From the NCBI RefSeq assembly GCF_006345805.1, contig NC_043001.1, forward strand, positions 73,470,001-73,534,000: a stretch of 64,000 nt of DNA. Direction: 5' to 3'. Positions 54,880 to 64,000 of the stretch are shown here, piece by piece. Position numbers and translations under genes: made by a program. The notes beneath the pieces were generated by a model, which did not search any database, had not been told where the DNA came from, and worked only from the letters and a program-made list of their open reading frames with translations. The DNA comes from Octopus sinensis. Its lineage: Eukaryota. Numbering within the stretch: the stretch's first letter is position 1; every line of letters begins with the position of its first letter.

Positions 54880-55248
54880 TTCATTCCAGTCACTGGACTG
54901 CACCCATACCAGGGCGGTGCCTTGAAAGGTTTTACTTGAATGACTTGACTCCATTAAGTTATTTTCTGAAGCCTGAAACTCTGTCAGTTTCTTAAGGTGA
55001 ACTGCTAAGTTATGGGGATGTAAACAAACCAGCACTAGTTGTCAATCAATGGGAGGACAAGCACAAACATACATAGTTATGTACATGTTGATATACAATT
55101 GGCTTCTTTCAGTTGTTGTCCACCAAATCCACTCACAAGTTATTGGCTTCTACAGGCTATAAAAGGAGGCACTTTCCCAAGTTGCTATACAGTGGGACTG
55201 AAACCGGAAGCATGTGGTTGGGAAACAAACTTCTTACCACACTGCTAC
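54880..55248 (-). mobile_element. SINE family A copy (diverged)
   Basis: Reverse complement of family-A motifs. Confidence 0.75.
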
Positions 55249-55707
55249 ACTTATATGCATCTTTATATATATAAATATATATATATATACTGAAGACAAT
55301 GACAAGTGACCAAGATCTTAGAGATATGCTGTAGTTGTGACCATTACCAGTGTCATGTAAATGGCAGTCGTGACATCATAGTCGGGGCTGTTACCTGTGT
55401 CACGTAAATGGCACCTGTGCTGGAGGCACATAGAAAGCACCCATTATATTGTTGGAGTGGTTGGCATTAGGAAGGGCATCCAGCTGTAGAAACCATGCCA
55501 AATCAGACTTGAACCTGGTGCAGCTCTCCGGCTTACCAGTTCCAGTCAAACCGTCTAACCCATGCCAGCATGGTAAGACGCTAAATGATGATGATATATA
55601 TAATGTATATATGTACATATATACACACATATGTAAAAATTATATTGATAATATTATGTGGGTGTGTGTGTATATATAATATATATATGTAATATATATC
55701 CCTGTGT

Positions 55708-55744
<37 letters not shown>

Positions 55745-55746
<2 letters not shown>

Positions 55747-55909
55747 CGCAGGAGTGGCTGTGTGGTAAGTAGCTTGTTTACCAACCACATGGTTCCAGGT
55801 TCAGTTCCACTGCGTGGCACCTTGAGCAAGTGTCTGCTACTATAGCCTCCGGCCGACCAATGCCTTGTGAGTGGATTTGTTAGACGGAAACTGAAAGAAG
55901 CCCGTCGTA

Positions 55910-55951
<42 letters not shown>

Positions 55952-56172
55952 TGTGTGTGTTTGTGTGTCAGTGTTTGTCCCCCTAGCATTGCTTGACAAC
56001 CGATGCTGGTGTGTTTATGTCCCCGTTACTTAGCAGTTCGGCAAAAGAGACCGATAGAATAAGTACTGGGCTTACAAAAGAATAAGTCCCGGGGTCGATT
56101 TGCTCGATTAAAAAGGCGGTGCTCCAGCATGGCCTCAGTCAAATGACTGAAACAAGTAAAAGAGTAAAAGAG
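55745..56172 (+). mobile_element. tRNA-like SINE family A with an internal (TA)n(TG)n microsatellite (best copy)
   Basis: ggcgcaggagtggctgtgtggtaagtagcttg..ggttcagttccactgcgtggcacc head, gaaactgaaagaagcccgtcg+(TA)n(TG)n core, aaatgactgaaacaagtaaaagagtaaaagag tail. At least 8 copies or fragments in the window. Confidence 0.88.
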
Positions 56173-57993
56173 TATATACATTTACATATATATGTGTGTG
56201 TGTGTGTGTGCAACATAAACATACACTCACAGTTATAAATGTAATATATATTATATACATGTCTTTGTCAATATACATATATGTGTGTGTGCGCATGGGT
56301 GCGTGTAATAAATGTATCCATACATCTGTATCTGTCTATCTATTTACATATATATAATTTTATTTGTTCATGTAAATATATTTCTCATTAGCTTTAATTA
56401 TTCAAAAGAAAAATAAAGCTTGCTCTGCTCTGCATACAATCCATAAACAAGAAAATTAAACAAAATCTTGAAACCAAAGCTTAGCTTGATATTGGACTGG
56501 ATTCCTCACTTGTCATGGAGAGAAGTGGTTGGTGTTGGGGAAAAGATTTACATAAGCTTAGCAGAGACGGAACCATTACATCATTTGTAGTAAGCATTAG
56601 CATAGCAAGAATGCTGATAATCTTGGCTTCAACAACCATAAAGAGATTAAACAAGATGTGAATGATTTGGTTTACTGGATTTACAATTATTTAAAAAAAT
56701 AAATTTAGTTTTAATTTTTTTTTTCTGAAATATATTATCATTAAATAGTGATAAAACTATTTGGTTGAAAATAAATTTGTTGATTGAATATTATTTCTCT
56801 TCAATGCAATGAGCAACAAATAAAGCTATTACATAATATTAAATATAGATGTGTAGCAATGAATATTTGCTTCAATTCTTAATACATTTTATTAATATTT
56901 CTGTTTAAATTAAAATTTACTTTTGGAAATGAAAGGAGTGGGGGAGAAGCAAAAACTTTTTTTTTTGGTGGTGGTAGTGATGGCAGAGTGTTGGAGTCTG
57001 AATGAATGTAGAGGAGTGTTTGCTGAAAGTCTATCATTAAATAAAGAAATATTTTAAAGAATAGCAACAGTATATTTGAGGAAAATGGGAGATGGACTAA
57101 CCCTAGGAAAGGAAGAAATCAGATAAGGAGATAAGCTATGAACAAAAACGAAAAATAATCAAAAACAAATCTAGATTAATGAAGATTAATTCTGCCACAA
57201 TTTTTATTTTTATTTTTTTCATAAATTGCTAAAGCAGATACAGAAGAATATAAAAAAAAAAAAAAAAGGAAGGTAAAAATAGTAAAATCGTGTGTAAGTC
57301 GATCAGAAAATGAAAGAGAGAGAGAGAGAGAGGGAGAAAAGATTATTCAATGACATTTAGATGTAAGATATTAAACAAAAAGATAAATGGGGAAAAAAAA
57401 GGCAAAAATGGAGTTTTTTTATTCTATACTAAGAGAGCTCACACCTCCTTCATTATCAGCAAATAAATAAATAAATAAACAGGCAGACATTGACTTGTTT
57501 TGATGAAGTAACAATGAAGCACAGACATCTTTGAGAGTCAGCCACACAGACAGAGGGATAGAGCACCTATGTGAACATTCAGGGTGCTAGAAATAACAGC
57601 TAAATTTGCCTGGTCTCACCTTGATTCTGAACAAGGACTCACTACAGGCAGATATTTATGATATAATAAAAGACTGGATAGCCATGGCTGGAATATCTTT
57701 GGTTATTGGTTTGGTAGATAAGATCTAACATAATTTATAGAATTTTTACACTTGATACTGACATGCATATAATTCAAAGATAATTAAGATAGAGCAATTG
57801 TACATAGGATAGAACAATGAAGTGTGTGGGTGTGTGTATGTGTGTGTGTGTGTGCATGTGAGTATGTGTGTGTATATGTAGATATGTGTGTGTATACAGG
57901 TATATGTATGTGTGTGAGTGTGAATATAAATGTGTGTCATCATCATCATCATAGTTTAACGTCTGTTTTGCATGGTAGCAAGTTCATATATAT

Positions 57994-58031
<38 letters not shown>

Positions 58032-58035
58032 CACA

Positions 58036-58107
<72 letters not shown>

Positions 58108-58211
58108 GCGGTGCTCCAGCATGGCCGTAGTCAAATGACTGAAACAAGTAAAAGAGAGTAAAGAGTATATATACATATATACATATACATATATACATAT
58201 ATATATATATA

Positions 58212-58244
<33 letters not shown>

Positions 58245-59060
58245 CATTATTATTATTATTATTATTATCATCATTATTATTATCATCATTATTGTTATCA
58301 ATGTTTTGCTGAAGTAACAGAGTGACTCAAGGTCTGAGAGTTTCATGTATTAACACTAATCAAATTAGTGCCAACACACAAAACTCTTGGGCCTTCTGCT
58401 AAATATTTATAAAACTGTACATATACATACTTTGAGTTCTATTTTTCCTATTTACATTACCATACCTATATATATATAATTGGGTTCGAAATTTTGAAAA
58501 TTAAGGCAAGATTTTTGAAGTTGAAAAAAATTTCTCATGTTAATGTATTTTTGCCTTTTATTTTTTATTGTTTACAGTTTTCATTTTTTCTGAAAGAAAT
58601 TTACAGCTGCATGTAGCCCCTGTTTAGAGCTTTCATTTGCATGGTCAATCATCAAAAAATTCCCCAAATAAGTACTAAATTTAACAAAGAAATCCGTTTT
58701 CTCCTTATTTTTAATCGCTCAAATAGTGGCACGTACAAAAGGCAAGTGTGCTTTCCGTTGTCACTGCCTGATATTTATGAATGATCTTTCAAAATATTTT
58801 CTTTCTTAACTTACTCAAGATCCTTTATTTTTTTATAAATGGGAGAGAGATAGATAGAGAAAGATAGCGAGTAAGAGAAAGCGAGGGAGAGTCCGAGAGA
58901 AAGGAAGAGTAAGAGAGTGGGAAAGTGAGAGAGAAACAAAGTGGAAGAATGTGGTGATAAGAAGCAACAGAAAGTAACAACCACACCCTCACCCGCGCGT
59001 AGAGTGGGTCACCTTTAGATAGTTATTTATATTATATATGTGTGTGTGTATGTGTTTGTG

Positions 59061-59111
<51 letters not shown>

Positions 59112-59716
59112 ATATATGTGTGTGTGTGTATATATACATATATACATACATACATACATACATACACACACACACATACATATATACAAATCAACATCAT
59201 ATTTCATTTAATGTTCTTCATTAATGCTAGCATGGGTTAGAGGATTTGATACGATCCAGTGTGCCAGAGGAATGTGTCAAAACCCCAATGTCTGTGCTGG
59301 CATGGTTTCTACTGCTGAATGTCCTTTTTAATGTCAGTTACTTTACAGAGTGTATGGGGAATATTTTTCGTGATGCTGACTCCAGTGAGATTACCAGGAA
59401 TCTCACAAGACAAAACAAAAAAACGAAAAAAAACCCTAGCTGAGTGGAATTGTTGTAAAGTGAGATGTTGGTTTAAACCAGATGCCGAAAGGCATCTGGT
59501 ATTCTGATATAGAACAGAGGTTCTCAACCATTTATTTTTTCGCCCAGGGACCCCTTTGATTCTTATTTTACTCTACAGAACCTCTATAACCATTCCATGT
59601 ATATAAAAAAATTCCACTGTATTTTTATGATTAAATATTATTAGGAATTGTATATATAAAATTAAAATATTTTGTATATCATAGAAGTATATGCAATTAT
59701 TGCACATATATATAGG

Positions 59717-60188
<472 letters not shown>

Positions 60189-60265
60189 TCAGTTAAATTT
60201 TCTATAAAGTATATTTTAACTTTACTTCACAATTTATAGACTGTGTTAAGAAATGCTCATTGCAA

Positions 60266-61025
60266 AATTCACAGCCTAATTTTAAATACATAGCCAAATA
60301 AATATACATATAAATTTATAAATCAGTGAACAAAATTACATGTAAAAACCATATGTGTAAACTATGCATCATGTACGTTGGGTTCAGGTACCAAACTGAG
60401 GAGTGACAAATAAAGAGATAAAAATTCGAGGTAAAAAATGTTTAAATTCAGGGGTAAATATTTAGATGAATAGGTAGATAAAATAAATATATACAGATTC
60501 GGGTGAATTCAAGTAAAGGATATCATCTATAAAAAAACAAAAGCAGTTCTCCTTCTTTAATCTATCACATTATTACCACGTATAATTTCACCACGAAGGA
60601 AACCATCCTGATGAGGGGGGCATTATGTTTCTGTATTGGAATACTTAATACACCATGTATACATTTATTGTAGCCCTGAAATGGCCATAGATGATAGCCT
60701 TTACCTGAATTCACCCGAATCTGTATATATTTATTTTATCTACCTATTTATCTACATATTTACCCCTGAATTAAAAAATTTTTAAACTCTCATCCGACAT
60801 TTTGTATAAACATCAAATTCTTAAATGATTCGAACAGTTCCTTTTCAAAGCCCTTACCTCGAATTTTTATCTCTTTATTTGTCACTCCTCAATTTGGTAC
60901 CTGAACCCCACATACATGATGTATAGTTTTCACCCGTGACGTTTACATGTAATTTTGTTCACTGATTTATAAATTTATATGTATATTTATTTGGTTATGT
61001 CTTTAAAATTATGCTGTGAATTTCT
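60266..61025. mobile_element. About 760-bp inverted-repeat element (arms about 265 bp) with a central hammerhead
   Basis: aattcacagcctaattttaaatacatagccaaataaatatacatataaatttataaatcagtgaacaaaattacatgtaaa.. is mirrored at 60688-61025. The right arm carries an extra about 75 bp (about 60785-60860). Confidence 0.85.
60604..60693 (+). ncRNA. Type-I hammerhead ribozyme fold
   Basis: CAUC-CUGAUGA-GGGGGGC..GCCCU-GAAA-UGGCCA-UA-GAUG: 4-bp stem I, G-rich/C-rich stem II, perfectly palindromic stem III, AUA site. Confidence 0.7.
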
Positions 61026-61104
61026 ATTTGATTGCCTGGATTTGTTCCTTCTAAAATTTCCTTTATCATTATACACACACACATTCATACATATATATAT
61101 TATC

Positions 61105-61900
61105 ATTATCATCTTCATTCAGTGTCCATTGCCCATGCTTGCATGGGTTGGACAGTTTAACCAGAGCAGGCACGCCAGGAAGCTGCACCAGGCTTCAATC
61201 TGATTTGGCATGGTTTCTACAGCTGGATGCCCTTCCTAATGCCAACCACTTTACAGAGCATGCTGTGTGCTTTTACATGGCACCACATGGACACTTTTAT
61301 GTGACACTGCCATGAGTGCTTTCTACATGGCATTGGCACAGGACTCTAGCAATTCAATCTTCTCCACCAGGGAGACCTGACTTAACCCTTTTGCCATGAA
61401 GCACAGATCTTCTTGAGTACAGCAAGGTGTCAGGCATCCCGATCCTTTGTCATCTCAGTATCCTGAGACTATTCTTCAGTACTTTGTCTCATGTCTTCCT
61501 GTGTCTCCCACTTCTATGTATTCTATCTACTTTGAGAACTTGGCATTTCTTTATGAAGCTGTTAGCATCCATCAACATCACATGACCAAACCAGCACAGT
61601 CTTCTGTCTTGCACACAGCATCTAATTCATTTCATACCTAACTTTTCTCTCAATACACTAGCACTCTGCCAAACATGAACACTTACACTACACATTCAGC
61701 AGAGCTTACTAGCCTTTGCAAGTCCTCTGCATTCAAGGCCCATGTCTCTTTACCAAGTAGAATTGCTGTCTGTATACACGCATCATACCATCTTCCTTTC
61801 GCTCGGAATGTGAACAGCCAACAGCAGTACCAGCTTTCTGAATTTCTTCCATTCTATTCTTATTCTAGGTATTACACTCTCCATCCATCCTCCCTCCACT
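61105..61900 (-). mobile_element. Decayed RTE LINE 3' end (ORF remnant plus 3' UTR)
   Basis: ggatgcccttcctaatgccaacc UTR motif, plus catcacatgaccaaaccagcacagtcttctgtcttgcacac homologous to the RTE ORF end at about 47095-47145. Confidence 0.7.
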
Positions 61901-62018
61901 ACTAATTTGGTGCTCTAGGTAGCAGAAACTATCTACTACCTCTAATGAGCCACCAGGGCATTTGAGAGAATCAGTTTCCTGATTCTATATATATACATAA
62001 ATATATATAGAGCATATA

Positions 62019-62320
62019 GAGGCACAATGGCCCAGTGGTTAGGGCAGCGGACTCGCGGTTGTAGGATCGCGGTTTCGATTCCCAGACCAGGCGTTGTTAG
62101 TGTTTATTGAGCGAAAACACCTAAAGCTCCACGAGGCTCCGGCAGTGGGTGGTAGCGAACCTTGCTGTACTCTTTCACTGCAACTTTCTCTCACTCTTTC
62201 TTCTGTTGGCCTGCTCGCTTAGCCAGCGGGGTGGTGTCATTTGAAGGCTAAAACAATGCGAAGTGCATTGTGACCAGCGATGTGTAGCAACATCTGATAG
62301 TCTGGTCGGTCACAGTGAGT
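62019..62320 (+). mobile_element. tRNA-derived SINE family D
   Basis: A box tggcccagtgg and B box ggtttcgattccc followed by a non-tRNA body; flanked by a duplicated atatagagcatata. Confidence 0.7.
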
Positions 62321-62350
62321 GATATATAGAGCATATATGTACAACTGTAA

Positions 62351-62381
<31 letters not shown>

Positions 62382-63294
62382 CACACACTAACTGACGTAC
62401 CCAGAAATTCCTGGAAAGTGGGGCTTATTCCTTGGTTCCATTCTCATAATTGTTTTGCTAATCCAATAACCACAATACAAAGTATGTAGCCCTTAAAACG
62501 GTTTTTGTGCATTAACAGAGAATACCAAACTGTCTTACACAGGATCTTGTTTTTAGGAGTTCCCAATAAGTTTTGAATACCCAAATTGTGAAGTCAGTTA
62601 TGCAATAACATGAAAGTAGTTACCTGGTAGTAAGAATTCAAATAAAATAGCCCTGAAAAGGGCTTTAATGCATTCCCAGAGTATATAGAACATAGAAGGA
62701 AATACCAATAAGGTATGTGTACTAAAATTGTGAAGCATGTTACGTAATAACAGGTAATCAGATATGAAATAATAACAATCCAAACTAAATAACTCTGAAA
62801 AGGGCTTTTGTGCATTCCCTGAGACTATTACTCTCAGCAGCGTTAATGTTGGTATATTCATGAATAAGTTACTAACCGAAATAAGTGGATCTATTGTTTA
62901 GGAAAATATTATTTACTTGTTTAAAGGTTGTACTGGATAAATTGTGAAAATAATTTTAACAGTTCTAATACTAAGAAATAAGCATACTCAATTTAATTTA
63001 TACCAAATGATTTAGGAAAATGAATGGGTTATTTCCCTTGGCTGTTAAAATCTGGGCAAATGGGTTATTTTCCTTGGCTGTTAAAATGAAATATATTAGA
63101 TATATATAAGGATTGCTTCCAGGGGCCCTATTATTGGGGTTTTTTTCAACAATCTGAGTATGCCATGAGGTTTCCAGACATAATATCTACTCACATGTCA
63201 AATTTTATCAAAATCAATAAAACGATGTAGGAGGAGTTAGCTAACAACTCCACAAACAGAATTTCCCACATAGGTAGTGTATATATATACACTA

Positions 63295-63327
<33 letters not shown>

Positions 63328-63334
63328 TCTTTCT

Positions 63335-63560
63335 TTTCTTTTATTCTTTTACTTGCTTTAGTGATTTGACTGATGCCATACTGGAGCACCGCCTTTAGTC
63401 AAGCAAATCGACCCCAGAGCATATTTTTTGTAAGCCTAGTACTTATTCTATCAGTCCATTTTGCCAAATTGCTAAGTCACGGGAACGTAAACACACCGGC
63501 ATTGGTTGTCAAGCGATGTTGGGGGGGAGGACAAAGACACATTAATATATACACACACAC

Positions 63561-63595
<35 letters not shown>

Positions 63596-64000
63596 CATAC
63601 ACACCGGAGTAAACACATGAATGTGAAACAAGGTGGAAAAAAGAGTACTCAAATACCAGTGGTAGAGTAATATGCTTTATTTAAAGCAGCAGAAATTCAA
63701 CAAAATCTGTTACTCTGAGTTTCTCGTTGCCGTTCATCAGACAGTTTCTAGCAAAAACTGTCTGATGAACGGCAACGAGAAACTCAGAGAACAGATTTTG
63801 TTGAATTTTCTGCTGCTTTAAATAGAGTATATACATACACATATATACAGCGGGCTTCTTTCAGTTTCTGCCTACCAAATCCACTTACAAGGCTTTAGTA
63901 TAGTCACGAGGCTATAGTAGAAGGCACTTGCCCAAGGTTCCATGCAGTGGGACTGAACCCGAAACCATATGGTTGGTAAGCAAGCTACTTACCACACAGC
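63335..64000 (-). mobile_element. SINE family A split at its internal microsatellite by the hammerhead hairpin element
   Basis: 3' half about 63335-63545, 5' half about 63848-64000, insert 63603-63830. Confidence 0.8.
63707..63744 (-). ncRNA. Minimal type-I hammerhead ribozyme in an about 70-bp hairpin arm
   Basis: CUGU-CUGAUGA-A[CG-GCAA-CG]A-GAAA-CUCAGAG-UA-ACAG, GUA site. The mirrored plus copy (63758-63794) lacks the U of the UA site. Confidence 0.7.

Noticed and set aside
56480-56680. Non-repetitive island with short open frames on both strands
   Set aside because: No recognisable domain, splice pair or RNA motif.

Overview
Eukaryotic, AT-rich, repeat-saturated window. The repeat families and microsatellite load look like a coleoid cephalopod (octopus-like) genome; this is pattern recognition, not a database result. 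Only one host gene is supported: a minus-strand C2H2 zinc-finger gene with two coding exons (26689-26380 and 18039-17855; 164 aa; four fingers) separated by an 8.34-kb phase-1 intron that splits the TGE linker. Almost every other ORF in the track is microsatellite noise or a decayed transposon. Mobile elements include several RTE-clade LINE pieces, an L1/Tx1-clade LINE, an RLE-type LINE remnant, a DD34D mariner, a full-length Tc1-like element with DD36E spacing, TTAA-flanked piggyBac-type MITEs, two copies of a Helitron-like element and at least four SINE families. The most striking unannotated signal is a set of minimal type-I hammerhead ribozyme (HHR) folds, read by eye, in two architectures. 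In the first, HHRs sit in inverted arms or Penelope-like ends followed by a shared AATAAA..CTCTA..TATTGAG tail (43337/45758, 54380, 63707). In the second, five unrelated long inverted-repeat elements each carry an intact or degenerate HHR in the central spacer (11101, 19600, 24458, 34798, 60266). A near-perfect 1.2-kb palindrome lies in the zinc-finger intron. TE and SINE boundaries are approximate (about +/-10-20 bp) unless termini are quoted.
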